53,519 nucleotides of DNA from Desulfuromonadaceae bacterium UBA5613 (GTDB lineage Bacteria; Desulfobacterota; Desulfuromonadia; Desulfuromonadales; UBA2197), in the NCBI GenBank assembly GCA_002424625.1, contig DIKR01000066.1, forward strand, positions 26,649 to 80,167, written 5' to 3'. Of this stretch, positions 28,105 through 39,261 are shown piece after piece. The notes beneath the pieces are model-generated. The model searched no databases, was not told the origin of the DNA, and was given only the letters and a program-made list of their open reading frames with translations. A program made the position numbers and the translations under genes. How positions within the stretch are numbered: the stretch's first letter is position 1; each line of letters starts with the position of its first letter.

Positions 28105-30369
28105 TTATTTCTCGCTATCCGCTTGTTGGGCGTCAACAACAGCTATGGCCGCCATGTTGACAATATCGGCAACGCTGTCGCCGCGTTGCAGGATATGCAC
28201 CGGTTTATTCATCCCCATGAGAATCGGGCCGACAGCTTCTGCTCCACCGAGCTTATAAAGGAGTTTGTAGGAGATATTCCCTGATTGCAGATCCGGAAAG
28301 ATCAGGACGTTGGCATTTCCTTTCAGGTCGGAGAAGGGGAACTGCTTTTCAGTAATTTCAGGATCAAGGGCGACGTTAGCCTGCATCTCTCCGTCAATGA
28401 TCAGATCCGGAGCCGCCTCTTTAACCAGCTCTGTCGCATGGCGGACTCGGTTGGTTAACGGATGATCGACGCTGCCGAAGTTCGAAAAGGAAAGCATCGC
28501 CACTCGCGGTTCCACATCAAAATCCCGCGCCTTCTTGGCAGCGAGGATGGCTGTTTCGGCGAGTTCTTCTGCCGTCGGCTCGATTGTGACGGTGGTGTCG
28601 GCACAAAAGACGACTTCCTTTTTGAAGACCATCATGTAGAGCCCGTGTACCTTGGAGAGCCCTTCCTGTTTGCCAATGATCTCCAATGCCGGACGGATGG
28701 TGTCGGGATAGTGATGATTGAGACCGGAAAGGAGGGCGTCGGCATCCCCCTCCTGTACCATCATTGACCCATAATAGTTGCGATTGCGACGAATCAGGCG
28801 GCGGGCTTCGGCCAGTGTTACCCCTTTGCGCTTGCGTAAATTAAAGAGATCCTCGACATAGCGGTTCGTCTGCTCACTGCTGTTCGGGTTGATGATCTGG
28901 ACGCCGCCGAGATCGAGTCCCAGAAAATCGATTTTAGTGCGAATCTCGGCTTCGTCGCCGAGCAGAACCGGGATGGCGATTCCTTCTTCAACCAGGATTT
29001 GCGCGGCGCGCAGGATCTTCTCCTCTTCCCCTTCCGGAAAGACGATCCGTTTCGGATTGGCCTTGGCCTTATTGATAAGCAGGCGCATGATCTCTTTTGA
29101 ACGCCCCTGTAACGCTTCGAGACTCTCCAGATAGCGGTTCATATCGGCGATCGGACGGCGCGCCACGCCGCTGTCCATCGCCGCTTGCGCCACCGCCGGA
29201 GCCACATGCAGCAACACCCGCGGATCGAAGGGTTTGGGAATGAGATATTCACGCCCGAACTTGATTTCGACATCACCGTAAGCTTTGCGTACCGAGTCAG
29301 GAACATCCTGGCGGGCGAGACTGGCGAGGGCCATGCAGGCCGCCATCTTCATTTCATCATTGATGGCGCTGGCATGGGTGTCGAGAGCGCCGCGGAAGAG
29401 GAACGGGAAGCAGAGAACGTTGTTGACCTGATTGTTGTAATCGCTGCGGCCGGTGCCGATGATGACATCGTCACGCACCGCTTTAGCATCGCTCGGCGTG
29501 ATCTCGGGATCGGGATTGGCCATGGCAAAGATAACCGGATCGCCGGCCATGCTTGCCACCATTTCCGGAGTCAGGGCGCCTTTGGCGGAGACCCCGAAAA
29601 AGACATCGGCATCAACCATGGCTTCTTCCAGGCTGCGGGCGCTGGTATCGTTGGCCAAACGCGACTTGTATTCGTTCATTCCGTCGGTCCGACCCTTAAA
29701 GATAACGCCCTTGGTGTCGCAAACGATCATCTTTTTCGGATCGGCGCCGAGGACCAGGGCCATATTGGCACAAGCAATACCGGCGGCACCTGCACCATTG
29801 ACGACGATTTTGATCTCGTCTATCTTCTTGCCCGTGATCATCAGCGCATTAAGGAGTCCGGCATTGGCAATGATCGCCGTTCCGTGCTGATCATCGTGAA
29901 AAACCGGTATGTTCATGATTTTCTTAAGCTCTTCCTCGATGTAGAAACACTCGGGACCCTTGATATCTTCAAGATTGATCCCGCCGAAGGTCGGCTCGAG
30001 AATTTTGACCGTCCGGATAATCTCGTCAGAATCCTTGGTGTCGAGCTCCAGGTCGAAGACATCGATATCGGCAAAACGTTTAAAGAGGATTCCTTTGCCC
30101 TCCATGACCGGTTTACCGGCGAGAGCGCCGATGTCACCGAGACCGAGGACGGCGGTGCCGTTTGAGACGACGGCGACGAGGTTCCCTTTGGCTGTATACT
30201 TGTAGGCGTCGGCGGGATTCTTTTCGATTTCCAGGCAGGGTTCAGCGACACCGGGGCTGTAAGCGAGGGCAAGGTCGAGGCTGGTGGCGCAAGGTTTTGT
30301 TGCGACCACTTCGATCTTCCCTTTGCGGCCGCTGCTATGATAATCGAGTGCATCCTGACGTTTGGACAT
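28105..30369 (-). CDS. maeB: NADP-dependent malic enzyme (malic enzyme plus PTA-like C-terminal domain)
   Basis: Start trimmed to [11 protein letters not shown] after AAGAGGAG. Malic enzyme N-terminal and NAD-binding domains ([12 protein letters not shown]) plus a phosphate acetyltransferase-like C-terminal half. Confidence 0.95.
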   Translation of the reverse strand: MSKRQDALDYHSSGRKGKIEVVATKPCATSLDLALAYSPGVAEPCLEIEKNPADAYKYTAKGNLVAVVSNGTAVLGLGDIGALAGKPVMEGKGILFKRFADIDVFDLELDTKDSDEIIRTVKILEPTFGGINLEDIKGPECFYIEEELKKIMNIPVFHDDQHGTAIIANAGLLNALMITGKKIDEIKIVVNGAGAAGIACANMALVLGADPKKMIVCDTKGVIFKGRTDGMNEYKSRLANDTSARSLEEAMVDADVFFGVSAKGALTPEMVASMAGDPVIFAMANPDPEITPSDAKAVRDDVIIGTGRSDYNNQVNNVLCFPFLFRGALDTHASAINDEMKMAACMALASLARQDVPDSVRKAYGDVEIKFGREYLIPKPFDPRVLLHVAPAVAQAAMDSGVARRPIADMNRYLESLEALQGRSKEIMRLLINKAKANPKRIVFPEGEEEKILRAAQILVEEGIAIPVLLGDEAEIRTKIDFLGLDLGGVQIINPNSSEQTNRYVEDLFNLRKRKGVTLAEARRLIRRNRNYYGSMMVQEGDADALLSGLNHHYPDTIRPALEIIGKQEGLSKVHGLYMMVFKKEVVFCADTTVTIEPTAEELAETAILAAKKARDFDVEPRVAMLSFSNFGSVDHPLTNRVRHATELVKEAAPDLIIDGEMQANVALDPEITEKQFPFSDLKGNANVLIFPDLQSGNISYKLLYKLGGAEAVGPILMGMNKPVHILQRGDSVADIVNMAAIAVVDAQQADSEK

Positions 30370-30490
30370 AATGTTATGCTCCTCTTGGGTGTTTACCAAA
30401 AATAAAAATATTCTGCGACTTTTCCCTGTTTTTCCACGTAAAATCGATGAATCTTGATTTTATTTTATTTTAGATAAATAAACTGAATCA

Positions 30491-30519
30491 AAATTATCTT
30501 TGCCTGTCGATGTTGTCAA
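30491..30519 (-). promoter_or_regulatory. candidate sigma70 promoter of maeB with an AT-rich leader of about 115 nt
   Basis: On the minus strand: TTGACA, a 17-nt spacer, then TAATTT. Confidence 0.45.
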
Positions 30520-30554
30520 GGGAAAAAGATTAGACCTAAAGAAAGGCTAAATCA

Positions 30555-30962
30555 ATGGAAATAACTGACGACAATCATTGTTTTGTTTGCGGTTCGTTAA
30601 ACATGAGCGGTCTGCGGGTCAGGCCGTTGATCGATGCCCCCAGCCAGAGTGCCACCATGCGTCTGGCTATTCCGCGAGATTTTCAGGGGTGGCAGGGGAT
30701 TGTACATGGCGGCATCCTTGCGACTCTCCTGGACGAAACCTGTGCTTATGCTGCCAAGGGATTGGTGGCCCATGTTGTCACGATCGAGATGACAGTGCGC
30801 TATAAAAAGCCGGTACCACTTGAAACTGAATTGCTGGTCACGGCCACCGTCGTCAGTCGCCGCCGTAAAATTATCGAGGTGAAGGGGGAAATTGAAATTG
30901 GCGGAGAACTTTATGCTGAAGCCAATGCCAAGATGTTTATCGTCGCCGGAGAAAGTCAATGA
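30555..30962 (+). CDS. PaaI-family hotdog-fold thioesterase
   Basis: 135 aa with N-terminal CFVCG...GL and core VHGGILATLLDE. Confidence 0.8.
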   Translation: MEITDDNHCFVCGSLNMSGLRVRPLIDAPSQSATMRLAIPRDFQGWQGIVHGGILATLLDETCAYAAKGLVAHVVTIEMTVRYKKPVPLETELLVTATVVSRRRKIIEVKGEIEIGGELYAEANAKMFIVAGESQ

Positions 30963-31798
30963 CAACGCGTATCACGATTCTTTGTGAAAACAGTGTCGCG
31001 AGGCCGGGAGGTCTTATCGCTGAGCACGGTTTTGCAGCTCTGATTAAAACGCCGCAGGACTCCATCCTCTTTGATACCGGGCAGGGCTTCGGACTACTCA
31101 ATAATGCCCGCGAGATGAATCTGGATTTACAGAAGATCTCATCTGTCGTCTTCAGTCATGGTCATTGTGACCATACCGGCGGATTGCCGGCGTTGCTGGA
31201 TCATCTGCAAAGACCGCTGAAGGTGGTAGCGCACCCGGATATTTTCAGAGCCCGTTACTGGCGGAGCAACTTTGAGCTGCGTTCGATCGGGATGGTGGCG
31301 CAACGGGCCGAACTGGAAGGGCAGGGCGCTTCTTTTTCTTTGGGTTGCGACTTTCAACAGTTGACCGGGAATCTTTATTGCAGCGGTGAGGTGACGCGGC
31401 GGACGGATTTTGAGGTCGGCGATCCGCATCTGGTGATTCCGGACGGTCACGGTGGTTATAGTCCGGATCCGCTCCGTGACGACCTCTCTCTGGCGCTGAC
31501 CACGAACAAAGGATTGGTTATTCTCCTTGGTTGTGCGCATGCCGGCGTGATCAATATTATCGAGCAGTTTCGGGAGAAAAGCGGTGAAGAGAGGATTTGT
31601 GCCCTGATCGGCGGCACCCACCTCGGTCCGGTCTCAGAAGAGCAATTTCAGGCGACTCTGGCCAAACTTAAACGGTATCGCATTGGCAGGATTGGTTTGT
31701 CGCACTGCACTGGATTAAACCGCGGGGCGCAGCTTTTTCAGGAATTTTCCGGACGCTCTTTCTTCGCGGCCGCCGGCACGGTCCTCGAATTTTCATGA
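30959..31798 (+). CDS. MBL-fold metal-dependent hydrolase (COG1237 type)
   Basis: N-terminal block ITILCEN...AEHGFA, HGHCDHTGG motif. ATGA overlap with the thioesterase gene. Confidence 0.78.
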   Translation: MTTRITILCENSVARPGGLIAEHGFAALIKTPQDSILFDTGQGFGLLNNAREMNLDLQKISSVVFSHGHCDHTGGLPALLDHLQRPLKVVAHPDIFRARYWRSNFELRSIGMVAQRAELEGQGASFSLGCDFQQLTGNLYCSGEVTRRTDFEVGDPHLVIPDGHGGYSPDPLRDDLSLALTTNKGLVILLGCAHAGVINIIEQFREKSGEERICALIGGTHLGPVSEEQFQATLAKLKRYRIGRIGLSHCTGLNRGAQLFQEFSGRSFFAAAGTVLEFS

Positions 31799-31879
31799 AC
31801 ATCGCACTGATCAGAGGCGGGCAAGGGCTGGGGGCCAGCAATTCCGGTGAGGATCCAATGCTGCACTTTGCTGTAGAGA

Positions 31880-32071
31880 TCAGCTCAGCACGGCGTTAAG
31901 TTCTTTCAGAAGTTGTTCCACATCGACATGGTGCACACCCGCACCGTGTTCCAGGGCTTCGAAAGAAGCAATCTGGCAACCGACACATTCGAGACCAAAG
32001 CGGGTAAAGACCGGAATTGTTTGCGGGTAACGCCGAATGATCTCTTCAATTGTCATCTCTTTATTGATCAT
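31880..32071 (-). CDS. DUF1858-type small redox-disulfide protein (CxxC), paralogue of 25721..25915
   Basis: 63 aa with motif YPQTIPVFTRFGLECVGCQ. Confidence 0.75.
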   Translation of the reverse strand: MINKEMTIEEIIRRYPQTIPVFTRFGLECVGCQIASFEALEHGAGVHHVDVEQLLKELNAVLS

Positions 32072-32091
32072 AGCCAGTCTCCTCGAAAAAC

Positions 32092-32586
32092 TTACGGTAG
32101 TTTCTTCGCAAATTTGGCTTCGAGAGCTTCTCGAACCGGTGGCGGGACAAAGGTTTCGATCGGTCCGTGCAGGGAGGCCACTTCTTTGACGATGGACGAA
32201 CTGAGATAGCCATATGGAACAGAAGTCATCATGAAGAGAGTTTCCACCTCTTTTTTGACGGTATGGTTCATCTGTGCGATCTGAAATTCATACTCAAAGT
32301 CGGAGACAGCCCGCAAGCCGCGGAGAATAACGCGCGCATTGTTCTCGACGACATAATCGACAAGGAGGCCGTCAAAGGTGTCGACACGCACCCGGCGATT
32401 GTTGCCGACGACACGCTGGATCATGGCAATCCGTTCTTCAATGCTGAAGAGGGCCTGCTTGCCGGAGTTGCGGGCGATGGCGACGATCAATTCGTCAAAG
32501 ACTTCAAGTCCACGCTCGATGATATCGAGGTGACCGTAGGTAATCGGATCAAAGGATCCCGGATAGACGGCGATGTGGTGTTTCAT
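32092..32586 (-). CDS. coaD: phosphopantetheine adenylyltransferase
   Basis: AVYPGSFDPITYGHLDII (T/HxGH motif) and the C-terminal ISSS motif (YLSSSIVKE). Confidence 0.95.
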   Translation of the reverse strand: MKHHIAVYPGSFDPITYGHLDIIERGLEVFDELIVAIARNSGKQALFSIEERIAMIQRVVGNNRRVRVDTFDGLLVDYVVENNARVILRGLRAVSDFEYEFQIAQMNHTVKKEVETLFMMTSVPYGYLSSSIVKEVASLHGPIETFVPPPVREALEAKFAKKLP

Positions 32587-33152
32587 CCCGGCGATGTCGT
32601 CCTCTCATAAATAGTGATGGCGCTGACGCCATAATGGCGCTGGTCAGTACGGAGAAGGGGACCGATCTGTTCAGGGAGAATCTCCGCTTTTGCCGTTTCA
32701 ACGACGATGATCCCTTTGGCGCTGAGCAGTTCAAGGGCGGCAATGCTAGTCAAGGTTGCTTGCGCCAGACCCTGAGCGTAAGGCGGATCGAGAAAGATCA
32801 GATCAAAGGGACCACTGTTTACCGCAAGCGCCAATGCGGCAGGAAGTTCGCCGCGCAGAACCCGAGCACATTCGCTCATACGGCAGCCGTCGATATTGGT
32901 CTGGATGATTTTGATCGATTCCGGATGGGCCTCCACAAGAAGAGCGCTTTGTGCGCCGCGACTCAATGCTTCGAGGGCAAGGGCGCCGGTTCCCGCGAAA
33001 AGGTCGAGAACTTTGCAGCCCTGCAGAGAGCCCAGTCGACTGGTCAGGATGCTGAAGAGAGCTTCCCGCACCCGATCTGCTGTCGGTCTGACTTGTGCGC
33101 CAGCGAATTCGACCAGTTTCTTGCCGCGTGCCCGGCCGCTAATAATTCGCAA
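32583..33152 (-). CDS. rsmD: 16S rRNA (guanine966-N2)-methyltransferase RsmD
   Basis: N-terminus MRIISGRARGKKL, RPTADRVREALFSIL, DLFAGTGALALEALSRGA and FLDPPY. Confidence 0.9.
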   Translation of the reverse strand: MRIISGRARGKKLVEFAGAQVRPTADRVREALFSILTSRLGSLQGCKVLDLFAGTGALALEALSRGAQSALLVEAHPESIKIIQTNIDGCRMSECARVLRGELPAALALAVNSGPFDLIFLDPPYAQGLAQATLTSIAALELLSAKGIIVVETAKAEILPEQIGPLLRTDQRHYGVSAITIYERTTSPG

Positions 33153-33230
33153 TGACAGCCCTTTCCATTCTTTTTAAAATTTTTCAAAAATTAACACACC
33201 CCCCTGAAGGGGTCAACCGCCGATTCCTGC

Positions 33231-33259
33231 TTGATTCCCCGTCGTGGTAGGGCTATAAC
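33231..33259 (+). promoter_or_regulatory. candidate sigma70 promoter of the dGTPase-like gene
   Basis: TTGATT, a 17-nt spacer, then TATAAC. Confidence 0.4.
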
Positions 33260-33306
33260 TTCTCATGGTTTCAGCTGATTACGATTGAAGGAGCGTGATT
33301 TTCCTT

Positions 33307-34440
33307 ATGGAAAGACCCGATCTTGCCCCCTACGCAGCCCGCAGCAGTGCAAGTCTGGGACGGACTTACCCGGAGATGCTCAAAGATGATCGTCCCGCCT
33401 TTGAACGGGATCGCGATCGCATCATCCACTGTGCAGCTTTCCGTCTCCTCGAATATAAAACCCAGGTCTTCGTCAATCACGAAGGGGATTATTACCGTAC
33501 GCGACTGACCCATTCGCTGGAAGTGGCGCAAATTGCCCGCGGCACTGCCCGGCGCCTGCAATTGAACGAAGATCTCGTCGAGGCACTGGCTTTGGCGCAC
33601 GACGTTGGCCACACCCCCTTCGGGCATACCGGTGAAGAGACCTTGAACCGTTTGATGGTCGATCATGGCGGCTTCGAGCACAATCGTCAGTCGTTACGGG
33701 TTGTCGAGACCCTCGAAGAGCGTTACCCCGCGTTCAACGGACTCAATCTTTCCTGGGAGACGCGCGAAGGGATCATCAAGCACTCGTCGGAATATGACGG
33801 CGGTCGTTCACCGGAGTTGCAGGATTATCATCCGGAATGGCGGCCGACCCTTGAGGCGCAGATTATCGATCTTGCAGATGAAATTGCCTACAATAATCAC
33901 GATATTGATGACGGCATCAAGGCCGGTCTCATCTGTCCCGCGGAACTTGACGACATCACTTTGTGGCGTGAAACTTCGGAAATTGTCGACAGCAAATATC
34001 CCGGCTTGCAGCAGGAACGTAAAATTTATCAAACCATCAGTCACCTGATCGGTGTCTTTATCGATGATCTGGTTGCGACGACGCGCAACTGTCTTGCCGA
34101 TCTCGATATCATCACTCTCGACCAGGTCCGGAGTCAGCCAAAAAATCTCGTCTGTTTCAGCGCTGATCTCCAGAAAAAAAATCGCGAACTCAAACAGTTC
34201 CTCTTTCAGCATCTTTACCGCCATCACAAAGTGGAACGGATGCGGATCAAGGCGGATCGTTTTTTAACCCAGCTCTTTCAGACTTATTGTCAGAACCCGA
34301 CCTTGCTGCCGCGTCCTTATCAACAGAAATTTGATCTTTACGGCCAGGAACGGGTGATCTGCGATTATATTGCCGGCATGACCGATCGCTTTGCTCTCGA
34401 CGAATACCAGCGTCTCTTCGATCCCTACGAACGCAGCTAA
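33307..34440 (+). CDS. deoxyguanosinetriphosphate triphosphohydrolase-like HD protein
   Basis: RTRLTHSLEVAQI and LAHDVGHTPFGH. ATG chosen because the AAGGAG lies too close to the GTG at 33295. Confidence 0.9.
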   Translation: MERPDLAPYAARSSASLGRTYPEMLKDDRPAFERDRDRIIHCAAFRLLEYKTQVFVNHEGDYYRTRLTHSLEVAQIARGTARRLQLNEDLVEALALAHDVGHTPFGHTGEETLNRLMVDHGGFEHNRQSLRVVETLEERYPAFNGLNLSWETREGIIKHSSEYDGGRSPELQDYHPEWRPTLEAQIIDLADEIAYNNHDIDDGIKAGLICPAELDDITLWRETSEIVDSKYPGLQQERKIYQTISHLIGVFIDDLVATTRNCLADLDIITLDQVRSQPKNLVCFSADLQKKNRELKQFLFQHLYRHHKVERMRIKADRFLTQLFQTYCQNPTLLPRPYQQKFDLYGQERVICDYIAGMTDRFALDEYQRLFDPYERS

Positions 34441-34454
34441 AAAAGCGACACAAC

Positions 34455-34489
34455 GCAAAAAGGCCGTCCCTCTGGACGGCCTTTTTGCG
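34455..34489. terminator. bidirectional terminator between convergent dgt-like and yhbY genes
   Basis: GCAAAAAGGCCGTCC / GGACGGCCTTTTTGC stem with A/T tracts on both sides. Confidence 0.72.
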
Positions 34490-34510
34490 TTCTCCTTAGA
34501 AAGAAACGAT

Positions 34511-34810
34511 TTATGGCAGAATGATCTTCTTTTCTTCCGCCTCACGATACAGAAGGAAGGTCTTGCCAAGGATTTGGGCGATTTGCGCGCCACTCTTCTC
34601 TGCGAGTTGAGCAGCGACCTCGCGGCGGTCGAGTTCGCACCCTTCCTGCAGTCTGACCTTGATCAGTTCATGGACTTTAAGTGCCTCGTCAGTGCTGCGC
34701 AGAACGGCGTCGCTAAGTTCGCCGCGACCGATCATGACGATGGGGTTGAGATGATGTCCGAGCCCGCGCAAAAAACGGGCCTGTTTGCCAGTGAGAGCTT
34801 TAGTTACCAT
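34511..34810 (-). CDS. yhbY: ribosome assembly RNA-binding protein YhbY (CRS1/YhbY domain)
   Basis: Trimmed to MVTKALTGKQARFLRGLGHHLNPIVMIG, which is collinear with E. coli YhbY. An ATG at 34837 directly after the bioA stop is the alternative start. Confidence 0.85.
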   Translation of the reverse strand: MVTKALTGKQARFLRGLGHHLNPIVMIGRGELSDAVLRSTDEALKVHELIKVRLQEGCELDRREVAAQLAEKSGAQIAQILGKTFLLYREAEEKKIILP

Positions 34811-34838
34811 GGTCGTTGTCTTATCCTTGGGGAGCATT

Positions 34839-36188
34839 TTATGGGTTGGTGACTGCAAGGAGCGCATCATAGGCGATTTCCAGCAACAAATCCAGCTCTT
34901 CTGCTTTGATCGTCAAGGGCGGCATAAAGTAGATAACATTCCCCAGCGGCCGTAACAGCGCGCCGCGTTGCAATGCCTGTTGGTAAACCTGATAGCCGCG
35001 CCGTTCCTGCCAGGGATATCCGCTCTTCGTCACCTTGTCCTGCACCAGTTCAATCGCCGCCACCATGCCGCAGCGACGGAATTCACCGACGTGTTCTAGT
35101 TCACTAAAGCGTGGAGCGGCGATGTCGAAGCGGTCCATCTTTGCCGGCAGCTGTGCCAGGATCTCTTCTTCGGCAAAGATCTTCTGTACTTCCACTGCCA
35201 AAGCGCAGGCCAACACATTACCGGTGTAGGAATGAGAATGGAGAAAGGCCTTCATCGTCGGGTAGTCGTCGTAGAAGGCCTGATAGATCTCCTCGGTGCT
35301 TAAAACCACTGAAAGGGGGAGGTAGCCGCCGCTGATCCCTTTGGAGAGACAAAGGAGATCAGGGCCGATACCGGCATGTTCGTTGGCAAACATCTTGCCG
35401 GTGCGGCCGAAACCGACGGCGATCTCATCAGCGATATAGTGGATCGATAACCGGTCGCAGAGGACTCGCAACTTTTGCAAGTAGCGGGGCGGGTAGATCC
35501 GCATCCCGGCAGCGGCCTGAATCAGCGGTTCGACGATGATTGCGGCGATCTCTTCGTGCTGCGCTTCCGCAATCTGTTCCAGGGCAACAAAACATTCAGC
35601 GTCGCAACTGTCGCGTTGCAAGCCGTAGGGGCAGCGAAAGCAGTCCGGACCCGCCGCTTGCAAAGTGTCGAGGAGGAGTGGTCGGTAGATGTCACGGTAG
35701 AGTTCACAGCCGCCGATAGCCAAGGCGCCAAGAGTTTCGCCGTGGTAAGCCTCACTCAGGGACAGAAAACGTCTCTTGCGGGGCTTGTCGCTTTGCTGCC
35801 AGTACTGAAAGGACATCTTCAACGCCGCTTCGATGGCGGAAGAGCCGTTGTCGGCAAAGAAGACGCGGGAAAGGTTCCCCGGCGCCAGGGCACAAAGGCG
35901 TTCAGCAAGTTCCACCGCCGGTTGGTGGGTAAAGCCGGCAAAGATGTGGTGACTGATTTTGGTGGACTGTTCACAAAGCGCACGATTCAGGCGCGGATGG
36001 TTGTGACCGAAGAGGTTGACCCACCACGAGGAGACACCATCCAGGTAACGTTTGCCGTCAACATCGATCAGCCAGGAACCTTCACCGCGGGCAATGGGGA
36101 TCGGCGGCAGGAGTTCGTGATCTTTCTCCTGAGTACATGGGTGCCAGACATGGGCGCGATCGAGACGGAGGAGTTCGCCTTTGGTCAT
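34839..36188 (-). CDS. bioA: adenosylmethionine-8-amino-7-oxononanoate aminotransferase
   Basis: Class-III aminotransferase with PLP-lysine context LCLSKGISGGYLP. Lies in the bio operon. Confidence 0.95.
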   Translation of the reverse strand: MTKGELLRLDRAHVWHPCTQEKDHELLPPIPIARGEGSWLIDVDGKRYLDGVSSWWVNLFGHNHPRLNRALCEQSTKISHHIFAGFTHQPAVELAERLCALAPGNLSRVFFADNGSSAIEAALKMSFQYWQQSDKPRKRRFLSLSEAYHGETLGALAIGGCELYRDIYRPLLLDTLQAAGPDCFRCPYGLQRDSCDAECFVALEQIAEAQHEEIAAIIVEPLIQAAAGMRIYPPRYLQKLRVLCDRLSIHYIADEIAVGFGRTGKMFANEHAGIGPDLLCLSKGISGGYLPLSVVLSTEEIYQAFYDDYPTMKAFLHSHSYTGNVLACALAVEVQKIFAEEEILAQLPAKMDRFDIAAPRFSELEHVGEFRRCGMVAAIELVQDKVTKSGYPWQERRGYQVYQQALQRGALLRPLGNVIYFMPPLTIKAEELDLLLEIAYDALLAVTNP

Positions 36189-37890
<1,702 letters not shown>

Positions 37891-37950
37891 AAAAGCGTCC
37901 AGTCTTTTGGTTGAATTTATTCGTGAAACATTACATGCAGTGAATTCCTG

Positions 37951-37983
37951 TTGTCAACCACATTTGCTTTTGATGGTTTACAA
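37951..37983. promoter_or_regulatory. BirA-type bio operator overlapping the bioB promoter -35
   Basis: Plus strand: TTGTCAACC, 15 nt, GGTTTACAA. Minus strand: TTGTAAACC, 15 nt, GGTTGACAA. This matches the TGTnAACC/GGTTnACA dyad. On the minus strand the TTGACA inside the proximal half-site, an 18-nt spacer and TAATGT form a promoter 60-90 nt upstream of bioB. Confidence 0.6.
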
Positions 37984-38082
37984 TCAGGTTCCAGAATGAT
38001 GAGATTAAAATTTCAGCTATCGGTTGACTGCCGTTAAGTGGAATGATAAAACATCATTTTAAATTCTTGCATTGGTGGAACT

Positions 38083-38649
38083 ATGATCAAAAGTATTGTC
38101 GGGCAAAAGCTCAAGGCGATCCGCCTGAAGAATGACATGACGATTCAGGAGCTGGCAAAACGCGCCGCGGTTTCATCCAACATGATATCACGCATAGAGC
38201 GCGGTTTGACAACGCCCTCGGTGGAAATTCTCATGCGCCTTGCCTCTTCATTCGGCATGAGCATGAATTTTTTCGTCGAAGAAGCAGAAAAGGGATCGAC
38301 TCTCGTGCATACCCTGAACGGGCAAGGGGAACCGATCTTCTTTTTTGAGGACAAGCATCAGATTTTCAGTCTCACGCAAGGGATTCGCGATCCGGGATTT
38401 TCAGCATTTATCGATATCCTCGAAGAGGGATGTAATAGCGGGGAAGGGGGAATGGTCCATTCCGGCGAGGAGTTTGCTTATGTCCTCGAAGGATCGGTCG
38501 CATTTTTTGTCGATGAAGAAGAATACGTCGTCAATGTCGGTGATTCGATTGTCTTTAAAGCCTCTCGACCGCATCGTTGGAAAAATTTGAGTCCGGGTCG
38601 TGCCCAGGTTCTCTGGGTCGTCTCACCTGCCCCGTCGGTGTCGCGTTAA
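38083..38649 (+). CDS. XRE-family HTH transcriptional regulator with a C-terminal cupin sensor domain
   Basis: HTH_3 (LKAIRLKNDMTIQELAKRAAVSSNMISRIERG) and cupin (HSGEEFAYVLEG...GDSIVF...PHRW). Confidence 0.85.
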   Translation: MIKSIVGQKLKAIRLKNDMTIQELAKRAAVSSNMISRIERGLTTPSVEILMRLASSFGMSMNFFVEEAEKGSTLVHTLNGQGEPIFFFEDKHQIFSLTQGIRDPGFSAFIDILEEGCNSGEGGMVHSGEEFAYVLEGSVAFFVDEEEYVVNVGDSIVFKASRPHRWKNLSPGRAQVLWVVSPAPSVSR

Positions 38650-38673
38650 ACTTTCTATGACTGGCTGACAAAT

Positions 38674-39243
38674 ATGAAACTTAAAAAGATTATCGGTAAA
38701 AAACTCAAAACTATCCGCTTGAAGCGTAATTTGACCATCCAGGTGCTGGCTGAGCGTTCCCGGGTTTCGTCAAACATGATTTCGCGCATTGAGAGAGGGT
38801 TGACAATCCCCTCTGTCGAGATTTTGATGAAGTTGGCGAGTGTCTTTGACAAAAGTATTAATTATTTCGTCGAGGAAGTTTCACACACTCATGAAATCGT
38901 CTATTCACGTCCGGGGCAAAGGGACACGACAATTTATGATGATCCTTCTCAAAACATGCGGACCGAGTCGTTTACTTCCGGACTGCGTGACCCGCAATTC
39001 ATGTCCTTTTTTTGCACAATCAAGGTGGGAGGGAGCAGCGGTGAAAAGAATATGTACCATCCAGGGGATGAATTGATATATATAGTCGATGGTCAGTTGT
39101 CGCTTATGATTGCGGGTGAAACGCATGAACTTTATGCGGGTGACAGCTTATCTTTCAAGTCACATCTCCCCCATCGTTGGCATAATTCAGGAAATTGTGA
39201 AACTAAAGTGATCTGGACTCTTTCGCCTTTTACAACAATTTAA
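38674..39243 (+). CDS. XRE-family HTH / cupin regulator, tandem paralogue
   Basis: Same architecture. The recognition-helix block VSSNMISRIERGLT.PSVEILM.LAS is almost identical to the upstream gene, while the cupin half diverges. Confidence 0.85.
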   Translation: MKLKKIIGKKLKTIRLKRNLTIQVLAERSRVSSNMISRIERGLTIPSVEILMKLASVFDKSINYFVEEVSHTHEIVYSRPGQRDTTIYDDPSQNMRTESFTSGLRDPQFMSFFCTIKVGGSSGEKNMYHPGDELIYIVDGQLSLMIAGETHELYAGDSLSFKSHLPHRWHNSGNCETKVIWTLSPFTTI

Positions 39244-39261
39244 CGCAGGCAGGGATTAAAT

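Noticed and set aside
29185-30165. 326-aa plus-strand ORF.
   Set aside because: It is antisense to maeB and is a shadow ORF with no motifs.
38083-39243. The two small XRE-type genes as a toxin-antitoxin or phage-repressor pair.
   Set aside because: Both carry the same HTH plus cupin architecture. Neither resembles a toxin, and no phage genes flank them.
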